Shown: positions 1 to 12,880 of the stretch, piece by piece
Layout of the letters: the number at the start of each line of letters is the position of its first letter
Position numbering within the stretch: position 1 is the stretch's first letter
DNA from: the human T2T-CHM13v2.0 reference genome, Homo sapiens
DNA: 64,000 nt
NCBI RefSeq assembly: GCF_009914755.1
Contig: NC_060940.1
Reading direction: 5' to 3' (one strand)
Position numbers and translations under genes: made by a program
Notes under the pieces: generated by a model
What the model was told of the DNA's origin: nothing
The model's input: the letters and a program-made list of their open reading frames with translations, nothing else
Databases searched by the model: none

Positions 1-39
1 AGGCACTGAGGTTCTATGGCAGATAGAGTTTGAGAGTAC

Positions 40-950
40 TTACCTGTTTCGTGAAGGTCCAGTGCTGCTAGAGACATTAAAGTTGCTGAAGTGGTTTTTG
101 GTCATATAATTTGTGAATCTTATTAACCATCCCTTGACAAAGAACTGAGAATTGTTGATCATATTGTAAAATAGAATGTAAATGGCCATGCAGTTTCTTT
201 GTATAGATTCTCCAAATTATTGGAATATGAGCCAATTCCATGGGATTAATTTAGGTCCTATTATCTGCAATAAGACATCCCTTGTCAGATTTTCGTTGTC
301 AGGGGCAAGTCTAAAATGTCCAACCATTGCATGCAAACTCGTAGTAAAGCCATTGTCTAGTTATTAACAAATGATGAGCAGGTGAGTGAATTGACAGGAA
401 TTATTCTTTTGGGATGTTGCCTCTGGTAGAACCTCAGTTATGGCCTCTGTCATTCTCCCTTCCTAATTTCATTATCTTCCAAATATTATTGACCTCAGAT
501 GTTAAGAAAGGTCCAGGTTCCTGGGGGTCGGCACATCGTTCCTTCTTTTGCCAGATATAAGAAACTTTGGGGACCTTGGCTACCAGCCTTTTCCTGTCAG
601 GAAGGTCTGGTGCCATCCTCTTTGATATTGCCCTGTGCCTGTCTAGGTTGGCAGTCTTGTGACAAATCAGTACCTGTCATGGCCCGTGGGTACTTTGGCA
701 CTTCAGAGCCATGCAGAATGTGGACAGTGGGTTTGGAATTGTCATTGAGATGCCACTTTCTTATTCTTCTTGTGTTGGTGCCTAGAGTCACAATCCGGCC
801 TGAAGGGCCAGGAGGTTTTCTGGCCCAGGGTAGATCCCCCTTGGCCCACGTACAAGAATCTTCATGCTGACTGAGTTGGAATCTCCTGGTGAGAAGTGAT
901 TTGTTGTCCTGATGAGAATGTAAACACTTGCTAAAGTTGAGTATCGTCTC
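40..950 (-). mobile_element. Decayed RTE-clade LINE (MamRTE1-like) endonuclease/RT relic
   Basis: Minus-strand frames give, in RTE order: TLASVY, GDSN (GDFN-like), TNT...SK..HIL...RAMTGTD (cf. RAMRGADC.TDH), IWQKKERCAD (cf. WW..KA.E.Q..AD), IYILFYNM / SLSRDG (cf. LY.AFVDL.KAFDTVSREG). Many stops and frameshifts. Confidence 0.5.
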
Positions 951-1534
951 TCATGTGAGTTCTATTATAGCCTTCTGTGTTTATAAACATGTCTTGAGCA
1001 TGAGGGAGAAATGTGGTAACCTTTGAGTCCCCAAGAAAATGTTCATTTGTTTTCTCTGTGGGCTGAAATTAAGATAACTCAGCATCCTTCTCTGAGCATC
1101 CCATATCCCTCTTGCTTTTCCTAGCAGGCCTGGGATGATGCCCAGTTTGCCATTTCCTAATTGTTCCATCCTCTTCCAGTAGAGTCTGTTATCTTTTGAA
1201 AAAGTACAGTTCATATTCAGCAGGCATCTACCAGCGGGGCTCAAAGTCCAGGGAAGTCCTCAGTCCAGTCTAACAAACTGTTATTAAATTTTTTTAAAGG
1301 TTTAAGGTGTCGAACATTTGAGAAAACAGAGTTGCTGCCCTTGTGCTGCTCACATGTGTGTTAGCACATGTAACAGACATACACATGAATAAGGCATGAT
1401 GTGCAGTGGCAAATGAGGGGGTAGAAAATACATGTTCTGAGGGTGCTGCAGAGAACAGAAGTCAGATTCAGAAAACTGGGCAAGACTTTATGGAAGAGGA
1501 GTGCCTTTCAATTGTGCCTTGAAAGGTGAATTAG

Positions 1535-2158
<624 letters not shown>

Positions 2159-2472
2159 GACGGAGCCCATTTTAGACAGTACAAACAATAGGCACAAGAG
2201 GGATGGCTCTGTAACGTTAGTAGGGCATATTTGCAGAAAAGTATGTGGTGCCTTGTAACCAGTACTTCCGGTACCTAGGTGGGGTAGAACTAGAGAACAA
2301 GTAGAGGGGGGAGAATGGGGCCAGCTGATGAAGAGCTTTGAATGATACACTTAGAAATTTGGCCTTTGTTCTGGAGACAGTGGTTGGAGCTGGATTCAAA
2401 GATTTTTGAGTAGGAAAGTGATCCAATCGACCCATTCTTCAAAATTAGAACTGGTAGCAGCATTGTGGATAG

Positions 2473-2951
<479 letters not shown>

Positions 2952-3434
2952 TGATGAAGTCACAGGCAATTTTACAAGATTTCTTCTAGTCTTAGTTATT
3001 AGATGGATGGTGATACCATTTACTGAGCTACACCCAAGAAGGAAGTTTAGGGGCAAATGAGTTTGAGCAGCCGGTATACCGAACATCTCAGAAGAGCTGA
3101 AAATACCAGTTTGGAACTTGGTAGAGACGTCAGAGCCAAGCGTAGATTTGGGAGTTTGATTTATGTCTGCAGTAGGCATTCCTTTCATGCCTATCATGTG
3201 CCAGGCAGTGTTCTCTCATATGTTAACTCAGGCTTGAAAGCACTTAGCACATGGCAGGCATCTCCACAGAGACAGTGGCTGAGCGATTGGAGTGAGTAAG
3301 AGAGAATGTAGTTTCAAGAGTAAAGGAGAACAAAGTAGGGTGACCTAGTCTGAAGGACAGGCGCAGAACAGTCAGTGGAACAGCCAGAGATAGCAGCGAG
3401 AGAGGTGAGAAGAGGACCAGGAGTAGGTGGTAGA

Positions 3435-3539
3435 ATGGAGTGGAGGAAAGTCAGCGAATGTAATAGTGTCGAACCCTGCAGGGAAGTTAAGAAGTGGCCA
3501 TACCGTTGCATTCATCATGGGAAGAATTTCAGTAGAATG
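3435..3539 (+). CDS. FTO: Coding part of candidate alternative first exon of a short FTO isoform (MEWRKVSECNSVEPCREVKKWPYRCIHHGKNFSRM), L2-derived
   Basis: ATG at 3435, 35 open codons, donor ATG|GTAAGG at 3539/3540 in phase 0, compatible with exon 8. Matches my recollection of an annotated short FTO isoform N-terminus (not verified). Confidence 0.65.
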
Positions 3540-5752
3540 GTAAGGACAGGAGGACAAGGTGGGGGAAGATAGGTGAATCTATAGATGCATTTGTGTCATC
3601 TGATCTGAGGAGACATTTCTCAGAAACCATTCTGTGTGGCACTGATGTTTACAGGTCAACCTGGAGGTTCCTGAGAGGAAGTGCACTGTAGCCAGACATG
3701 TGGTATCCCAGCTAGCTTTACTCTGTTCTCCAGAAATCAGCCTGTAAACATTCAGTTGCCTGGTAGCTGACTAAATACAGGCTAACCTAAAGCCTTAAAC
3801 ATTTTAATTTGCAAAACCTTTGTTGTATTAAATCACAAATGGGAGGCAATTTAGCAATGCATCTCTAAAATTGCACTGGGCTCTGGCCGTGGTTTTGCAA
3901 TTTATGTTGAAAACGAAAATTGAACTCTGTGGCATAAAAACAGATTGTTGATTTTGTGATTAATTTGGTCTCTAAGGCCAAGGAAACTGTTAATGCTGTA
4001 TATCAGTTATAAAGTTGTGGTAGTATTTGTGGAGCAAAATGAAAAATCAATATCGTAACTACAGGATAGCTCTTTTAAAATCCAAGGTGCATTTTGTTGC
4101 AAATTGCATGGAAGAAACTGTCCCCCAAAGGGACAAACATACCTTCCTTATTTCACAAGTGTGTGTCTGTTGTGGAAAAACAGAGGAAAATGGTTGGGCA
4201 TTATTACAGTATAGCTGGGGGTACTAGGAGAAGGATCAAATTGTTGCAATTTAGAGTAAAACCTCACTTACAGTTACCTGTGTCCTAAGGCAACCTCCAG
4301 GAGTAATCTCTAGGAGGGTTGTGAGTCAGAAGTCCAGATACCTGGGTTACACTTTAGCCTCTGCTAATCACTTGCTGGTATCAGATGAGCCTCTTCCCCT
4401 CCCTGGCGTGTTTTGTGGTTTTATGTGTTAACTTCAGAGATGCACTGACATGCGTCAGTGAAAAAGGAGTGTCTTCCATTAGCATCATTATGAATACTAC
4501 ACCAAAGGGGTTTGTTTATGTTTTCCATTCCTAGAAGTGAATAGACTTCTTTTCTATTAAGCTTGTGTATTTAGAGAGGAGTGTGGGGAAATTCTTTCTT
4601 GTTTTGCCTTTTGTTTTGATAAAAGCAAATGGTTCCCACTCGCCATAGAATCATCATCAACAGATTGCATGGGGAATGTTGAGGTTGGAGCCTCTTCTTA
4701 ATGGGGATTTTGAGAACCAGGACATGACTTGTTCACCGGTTCATTTCTGCTGGCCATGATGCTTAGATGAGAAGTAGATCTCTCAACATCCAGGCACATT
4801 TGTTCTGCGATTCCACCTACCATTTTCCTGGGTAGTGCTGGGATTAATTAAGTCTGATACGCCATCCAGTTGAAATTTACTACCAGCTTCTTAGCCTAGT
4901 ATATATTATCCTTACAAGTCAGGCCTCACCTTGAGGTCAGAAGAAGATGCAGCTTGTTCAAGAAAGAAGTGTTAGTGGAAATACGAAGAGTTCCTTCCAG
5001 TGAACTGTGCCTCAAGTGGCCTTTGTAAACTGCTTCTGTTCTGTGTGACTTATAATTATCTGAGAGCTGGGGGTTTTGTGGTAGATTTTCTTTGATGTAT
5101 GGGCAGTGGTGGTAATTTGTTTCTTTCTTCCCCCTTCTATTTTGCTTTGCCGCATTTCAACTTAAGCAATGAATTGTGTGGTCTTTTATAATATAGAGAT
5201 TAGTGTAGCCATTTTTAGCCAGTTTTTATCATCTCCCTTAGGAGCTGACTCTATGCAAAAGAAACACTTCTGTCTTGTCAGAATGACGGTGATTACCCCA
5301 CAGTTTGGATCATCTCCAGCAGCTTTGTTCCCTGAAAAGCGAATTTGATTTGATGAATAAAAGTTTGGTGTATTTGATGAGTCAGAGGGCAGGAGAATGT
5401 CCTTGTCTCTGATGAGGCTCTTACAGTCAGACACATTGAACATCAGGGATAAAATAAACCTTAATCTCTGAAGGAAAAACCCTGGAGCATGAAACTGTTC
5501 CCACTAGAAATGCTGTAAATCTTGCAAACCATGTAGGTTTTCTGTTGGGGGCAACATCAAAGCCCAGTGACTTTAGAGATTAAAGTGTATTTGACAAGCA
5601 AAACTTTCCCTGTGCCTTGCTCTTTATGAGATTTGGCCTGTCTCTTGCCTTTGTTTCACCTCGCTATGACTTCCTTTCTTCCTGAGAAGTAGGAAGTATC
5701 ACCTCAAGTCTGGGGTAGGCGGCCATGGTTTGTTCATTTAAAGCCACTCGTA

Positions 5753-6058
5753 GACCTGGCGCAGTGGCTCATGCCTGTAATCCTAGCACTTTGGGAGTCT
5801 GAGGTGGGTGGATCACCTGAGGTCAGGAGTTCAAGACCAGCTTGGCCAACATGGTGAAACCCTATCTCTACTAAAAATACAAAAATTAGCTGGGTGTGGT
5901 GGCGCATGCCTGTAATCCCAGCTACCCAGGAGGCTGAGGCAGGAGAATTGCTGGAACCCTGGGGGCGGAGGCTGCTGTGAGCCGAGACCACACCACTGCA
6001 CTCCGGCTTGGGCGGCAGAGTGAGGCTCTGTCTCAAAAAAAGAAAAAAAAAAAAAAAA
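5753..6058 (+). mobile_element. AluS
   Basis: Full sense Alu with A tail. Confidence 0.95.
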
Positions 6059-9000
6059 GCTGGTCATAGGCCCTGGCCACAGTCCCTCGGCCTTCTCGCA
6101 TTGTCCTGCCCCAGTGGAGGACAGCGTCTTCTCACGATCACTTCCCAGGGACTCTCTTATTTGTGGAAGAGTTTCAGAGCCTTTTGCTGACTCGAAGAAG
6201 ATCAAAAGACAGGAAGACAGTGGTTTGCCTCAGCTTGGACTTTAGCATTTCTGTTTCTTTTAAAACCATCTCCTGTGATGTCTTAGAAGAAATACTTCTT
6301 CTTTCTTTCTTTTTTCTTTTTTTTTTTGTCCTGTTTCAAATTCTGTTTCGGAGTTCTCAGTGCTTTCTCTTTCACACATTGGAAATAAATGACTGCATTT
6401 TTGTTGAAATAATTTTTTTTTTGCAGATAAATAATTGTTTAACAGAATAGAAACTTTTCTTCAGTAACGTCTTTTTTTGGAAAGTAAGTTACAAGATTTT
6501 GCTTTAAAAATACAAACTATTTTTAAAGAATTGTACTCTCTAAAGTCAAACATTCCTGCCTCCTGTCAAGTCCCTATAAGATCTGGTCTGTGGCAACTTC
6601 TCAGGGTGGTCAGATAGCAAGAGGAGGACAGATTGGGAAGGCAAAATGGCTTTAAGGGTAAACCCCACAGCGTAAAATCTCATTACTGGAAAAGCGCTTT
6701 GTGTTTAAGGATAGGTATTCCCGTGTGGAAGGACGGCCATGGCGAATGCTTAAGGGACTCACTAAAATATCTTAAATTGTCTCCGTTAAACATGTAGCAT
6801 CCTTAGAGGTCAGACAGAGCTGAAACTTGAACAGCTGTACAACAAGCATCTGAGATTGTTTTTAATTGTGTTTCCTTTCTCTAACAGCAGTAATTCTTGT
6901 TTATATTGTCAAGAACCTTTCCACTGAGCACAAGCGCACCATACTTGAAGGTCAAATGCTTAACCCTTCTGCATGGTTACAATGAAAATGGACCCTTTTG
7001 TTTTCATTAATGTATACCCCAGCCATGTCTACAGGGAGAATGGGGGCCCCAAGCGTTCACCAAGCTGAAGCAACTTATTGTAAAAGAGCCACAAAGAGAG
7101 CATATTTTTGTTTCCATACAACAGTTGTTTAGCTTTTGCCTTGTGCACCCAACCATAAGACGGTATGCTTACTTATCAATGGGCAGAATTTTGGGGGACC
7201 ATTTTGTTCCTTTGACCTGTGTTACTTTTTACTGACCCAACCAAATTGCTTAAAAATTTTTCCTTTCTGCTGTCAGTGTTTAAAGCTGCTTAATGTCTCT
7301 GAAGTGATCCCTTCTTTCTTTTTAACACTTTACATTCCTGTTTATCACAGCACCTGTTACTATAGTGAACCATGAAATCACAAATGCTATGCAGCTCTTA
7401 TTGACCAATAATACTTTATTAAATATAAATAGAGTATCCTCCCAGCTTCTGTATGGTGTATAAAGGTCTCAGTATATGAAGACAAATGCACATATGTCCA
7501 TAGGTGCACATGTATTGTTTGGTGGGCAACAATCGGGAAAGGAGGATGTTTTATTTATTTGTCAGGCAAGAAATGTTTCTTTTTCTGCTCCTTAAGAGTT
7601 AACCAAAACTAAAGGGGCCAGTTCAGCAAACACTAAATGTGAGCCTCCAACATGAAGGCATCTTTGTTACTGAAACAAAAATACCACAGCAGGTGGTAGA
7701 CTCGAACACAGGAGGGAGGAGGAGGTTCAGTTGTTGCCCATTTTTCTAATCCTTTCAGAATACCCATTGTCTGAACCCCAAAGTTAACATGTTCCTGCTC
7801 AGTCTCATGGAGACAATTTCAGCGTGAAAGGGCTGTGCCCATCACTGGTTTTCGACAACAGTTTAATCTTTGGGTATGGAATGTGTAACCACTCAACAAG
7901 GCAGGAGAGGCAATTGTCTGTCTGAGATGAGCCAATAATATCTGCTTATCAAAGCATAAAACTATTCTGGATGTGGCAAGTCAGAGTTAAGTAGGAATTC
8001 ATGCCAACCGCAGCAGTAGTTTGCAGGTTTTAGACTGTATTAATCAAGACAGAAACATGGCTTTTGTTGTCCTTGGGGCAGCTCAAAGCAACTTTGTGGC
8101 AACCACACTGGCTTTCTAAAGCTAAGGCTAAACTCTGCACAGTCTGCATCTATTTATATCAAGGTGCTTCAGTGGGGATATAGCTTTTAAAATGGATTCA
8201 TAATTGAAGTTGGAATATTGTTTTCATTCCCTAAAACTGAATGAAATGTAGTTTATAACTCTGGACCTCAGAGTGCCCTACCTAAGTGGGAGGCATTAAA
8301 AGATGAGTTAAGGGGCAAAGGCGGGCTAGCAGACTGATGCCTATTACTGCTTATGATGAAGGGTACCACTATCCGGTTCATATGCTTGGGTCTCTCTGTG
8401 TTCTCATTGAGCCATCCACAATCGTTTCTTTTATTCTAAATCACCGTTGGAATGATATAAGAAAATGAATGCAGTATAATGAGAATTAAAAAAATAAATT
8501 TGTAAGAAGTATAGAGTTGGAAATCTTGTTCCTATAAACGTAAGACACAAATTCTAATGAGCTTATAGATGGTCCGTAAATCACGTTTTGCTCATGTGAA
8601 CATTGAACATTGGGTATTCTTTCCTAACCAGAGAGAAGCTACGATTCTGCTGCCTATGCCACACTTTAGATGGAATGATGGCCTCTTTTAGTGGCACTAA
8701 ATGTATACACAGAGCACTAAACATATACACAGAGCAGTATCTGCAAACTTAAGGACTTGTGTGATCTTCTGGATAATACTAGCACTCAGAAGTTAACATT
8801 TCATCTGACGCATTCCTTTCATATGTAGTATTCATAAATGTGAAAATAGCCTTAAATCATTATTTTCACCCTTGACCTGGGACACTATAGCTAGGGAGAA
8901 TCTCTGGGATATCTGGAGGGGAGCTAAGGCTCATCAACTATTTGGTGGTTGTCTTTCTGAGTTTAAAAAATGATGCTGTTTACTGTGACCTCAGGTGTCT

Positions 9001-9189
9001 GTCTGTGTGTCCAAGTGAGACTGTAGTCGGGGAGAGTCCCTGATTGGAGTCTCAGTCACCAGAAGTCCAGTCACCACTTCTTCCACCAGTGGAGACTGTC
9101 TGTGAACCCTAGTCTGTCAGTGAAACCATGGTCAAGGGCGTAGCATCATTAACCCCAATTCTGCCAGCCATCCTTACTCTGCTACCCCA

Positions 9190-9600
9190 TGAGAATCTGG
9201 GCCACTCATTGAACACTCCAAGCCTGGATTCCTTCACTTGGAAAATGAGTTTGCTGAAGATACCAACCTGCCGTGTCAGTTTGTTAAAGGGAATACATGA
9301 GATGCTGCATTCCTGCCTCACAGAAAGTTCCTTATAGTTTGTCATTTCATAGTTTAGGAGGTAAGAGAGTGAACTCTACTACCCACTGGGTTTAACTCTT
9401 GTCCCCACTACTTATCAGCTCTGTGATCTGAGGCAAGTTACTTAATATCTTTGTGCTTTGATTTTCTTTTCTGTAAGCTGGGATAATAATAAAACCTATT
9501 TCACTGAATTGTTATAAGGATTTAAATTGGGGTTACATGAAAAGTGATTAGGACAGGGCTTGGCACACGGTAAGTGTAAAATAAGTAATAGTTATTGTTA
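9190..9600 (+). mobile_element. Two MIR fragments
   Basis: MIR core motifs (ctgtgatctgaggcaagttacttaa; gataataataaaaccta). Confidence 0.65.
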
Positions 9601-9760
9601 TGTTTTTGTTATTGTTGTTGACACATTTCTGATTATGTGTTTTAGGTAGTCATTGTGATGGGTTTTTTTTTCATGGCTACTATTAATATGTTAATAAATG
9701 CACTGATATTTCCAGTTAATAGGTCCTGAATTCCTATTTGAGAGCCATACCACAAAATTG

Positions 9761-9761
9761 A

Positions 9762-9799
<38 letters not shown>
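9761..9799. repeat. (GT)n microsatellite
   Basis: Direct reading. Confidence 0.95.
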
Positions 9800-9801
<2 letters not shown>

Positions 9802-10221
9802 ATCCGTCCATCCGTCGTCCATCTCCTCTGGGTAAATATGTGCCGAGTAGCAGGTAGTTCTGACATTGAAGACTCTGTAGACAGTGGCGTTTAGGCAGGG
9901 ACTGCATTTGTCTTAGGTAGATATTATCTAAGGACAAGTACAGCAACTCTGCCCGTGTGATTTTCACTGAATTATCCTTTTCTACCAGATTGTTATTTTA
10001 TTTAAGTTTTAATCGTTACAATGTCAGTAGCATGAGCTTAGTGAGACATAGCTTTGACCTCAGGAATCTTAAGAAAAATAAGATTATTCTTATCTTAATA
10101 ATAATAGAAAAATAAGTTTATTAAGAGTGGGCCGGGTTTGTGGTGATATTTGTTAGTTATATCTTTGTTCCTACAGGTCTACATTTTAGTTCCATTGTCT
10201 CAAAATGAAAAGATAATAGCA

Positions 10222-10570
10222 CAGTCATGTGTTGCTTAATGATGGGGATATTTTCCGGGAAATGTCTCATTAGGTGATGTTGTTGTTGTGTGAACATCAT
10301 AGAGTGTACTTACACAAACCTAGAAGGTAGAGCCTACTACACACCTAGGCTATATGGTGTAGTCTGTTGCCCCCAGGCTATAAACCTGTACAGCATGTTA
10401 CTGTACTGCACACTGTAGGCAACTGTGACACAATGATAAGTATTTGTGTATCTAGAGATATCGAAACATAGAAAAGGCAGAGTAAAAATATGGCATGATA
10501 ATCTTATGAGACCACTGTCATATATGTGATCTGTCATTGACTGGAACATCATTATATGACACACAACTCT
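10222..10570 (-). mobile_element. Tigger3a-like TcMar MITE
   Basis: Starts cagtcatg; internal cctactacacacctaggctatatgg and cctgtacagcatgttactgtactg; about 350 bp. Confidence 0.85.
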
Positions 10571-10894
10571 ATTTAGCGAATCAGTATTAAATGATAACAT
10601 GAAGATTATGATAGGCAAGGAACAGGACATTCTAGTAGAGCAGAGTAACTATTTTATAAATCAAAATCAACCCTAAAAGCTTAATCAAATTTAACAGTTA
10701 TTTTATGTCCCCCTTGGTCATCCTCCACCCTGTGTATATGTTGTATTTCCCAGCATAGATTGTAAGCTCCTAGTGGCCAGGTATTGTGACCTTCTGGATG
10801 TCTTCTGTATAGCAGAGACTCAAATGTCATTGATTGGTTTATCACATGGCAGTTTACCTTCAGTATGTTCCATTCCATATGTTCTGTATAAACC

Positions 10895-11350
10895 GTGCTG
10901 GGCCTGGAGTTAGAACACCTGGTTTCTAGTCTGAGCTCAACTTCTTTACAAACTTTGATATTAAAGAGTTACTTAATTTAGCTAAGCCTCAGTTTCCTTG
11001 TCTATAAAAATGTGATTAATACTTGCTCTACCCAACACACATAGTTAGTATGAGGATCAAATGAGATGAAGTTAATGAAAGCACTTTCCGAACTTTGTCA
11101 GTTTACGTATATGTTAGTTTTGGGCACAGGCGCCTGATGTCTGGGTTAGATTTGGCTCTGTTGCTTACTAATGATATAAAATTTGACAAATTACTTAACC
11201 TTTCTGAGTCTCAGTTTTTTCATTTGCAAAATGGAAATGATAATACCTTTATCTTATAGACTGATTTTTAGGATTCAGTAACATAGTATATGTGAGCAGC
11301 ACCTGGCATATAGAAAGCACCCAATAATGTTGGCTGCTGTATCATTATCA
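10895..11350 (+). mobile_element. Two MIR elements
   Basis: cctcagtttccttgtctataaaa and ttacttaacctttctgagtctcagttttttcatttgcaaaatgg cores. Confidence 0.75.
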
Positions 11351-11454
11351 TCATTATCATGAGTCAGAAAGTGTCGAGGTTAAGAGATATCAGCTTACCT
11401 GATATCAGTGCACTCTGCTACCCCATGAGACCCTGGGGTAAGACTGAATAGGGG

Positions 11455-12056
11455 TTGGAAAACAGTGTGGAGATGCCTTAAAGAACTAAAGGTAGAACTA
11501 CCATTTGATCCAGCAGTCCCACTACTGGGTGTCTACCCAAAGGAAAAGAATTCATTATACAAAAAAAGATACTTTCACATGCATGTTTATAGCAGCACAA
11601 TTTACAATTGCAGCAATACGGAACCAGTCCAAATGCCCATCAGCCAACAAGCGGATAAAGAAATTGTGGTATATGTATATATGTATACCAAATGGAATAC
11701 TATTCAGCCATAAAAAGAAACAAAATAATGGCATTCACAGCAACCTGGATGGAATTGGAGACCATTGTTCTAACTGAAGTAACTCAGGAATGGAAAACCA
11801 ACCATCGCATGTTCTCACTCGTAAGTGGGAGCTAAGCTGTGAGGAGGCAAAGGCATAAGAATGATACAATGGACTTTGGGGACTTGGGGAAAAGGGTGGG
11901 AAGGAGGTGAGGGATAAAAGACTACACATTGGGTACAGTGTACACTGCTCAGGTGATGAGTGCACCAAAATCTCAGGAATCACCACTAAAGAATTTATTC
12001 ATGTAACCAAACACCACCTGTTTCCCAAAACCTACTGAAATAATAATAATTTTAAA
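11455..12056 (+). mobile_element. 5'-truncated L1PB-type 3' end with target-site duplication
   Basis: End of ORF2 (ELPFDPAVPLLGVYPKE) plus 3'UTR; TSD AAGACTGAATAGGGG (11440-11454) / AAGACTAAATGGGGG (12057-12071). Confidence 0.92.
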
Positions 12057-12194
12057 AAGACTAAATGGGGGAAAGAGAGGAATAAAGAAAGGCTTCATTT
12101 TTATGACTCATTTTAGTAGATTTAATGTGACTCTGACTGGCTGGTACTTTAGATTTATCCTAAATCTCAGTAGCAAAATTCTAGGGAGAAAAAG

Positions 12195-12370
12195 GAGCTA
12201 ACACTTACAGACTGGCTGCCATGTGTCAGGTACTATGGTAAGGGCCTTATGTGTAAAAACTAAATCCTGTGAGCTCTCTGAAGTAGCTGCTATAAATATC
12301 CTCATTTTACACATGAGGAAACTGAGGTCCAGAGAGGATAAGTAACTTGCCTGTGGCCAGCTTGGTCGCT
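12195..12370 (-). mobile_element. MIR
   Basis: cattttacacatgaggaaactgagg...aagtaacttgcc. Confidence 0.75.
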
Positions 12371-12744
12371 AAGTTGGCCTTCAGGGCCTTGGTTCTTCCT
12401 TCCTGTGCTAAAGTCCTCAAGTACAAGGGAGACCTCCTGAATCACCAAAAATAATTTTTTCTTCATTGCAGCCAAAAGCAGAGAAGTTTATGCATCAGCT
12501 TTGCTCTAATTTGAGTTTTTGTACTGTCCAGATCGCAGCCTACATAGGGCACATATAAAGTGTAGAATTTGTGTGTGTGTATATATAATTTTCCCAAATC
12601 TTTCATTTTTAGCTATACATTTCTCTCATGTTCCAAAATGCTGTCTGCTTAATGTTCCAAAGCATCTCCAACTCCATGTGTCTAGTATGGAACGCGTCCC
12701 TTGTGACTTTGCAGTGGCAGGGGTTGGCATGAGGGATATACTGT

Positions 12745-12880
12745 CTTTGTGCCTCAGTTTTTTCATCTTTAAAATGGAGATGCTTGATATATGGTGATTG
12801 CTGGATTAAGTGAGATAATGTTGATGGAATGGTTGTTGGCATGGCAGGTCGTAAGCACTAAATAAACATAGCTGTTGTTC
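12745..12880 (+). mobile_element. MIR
   Basis: tgtgcctcagttttttcatctttaaaatgg. Confidence 0.7.

Noticed and set aside
1-980. Endogenous bornavirus-like element or antisense coding exon
   Set aside because: No similarity to bornavirus N or G as I recall them; motifs fit an RTE LINE better and the frames are broken.
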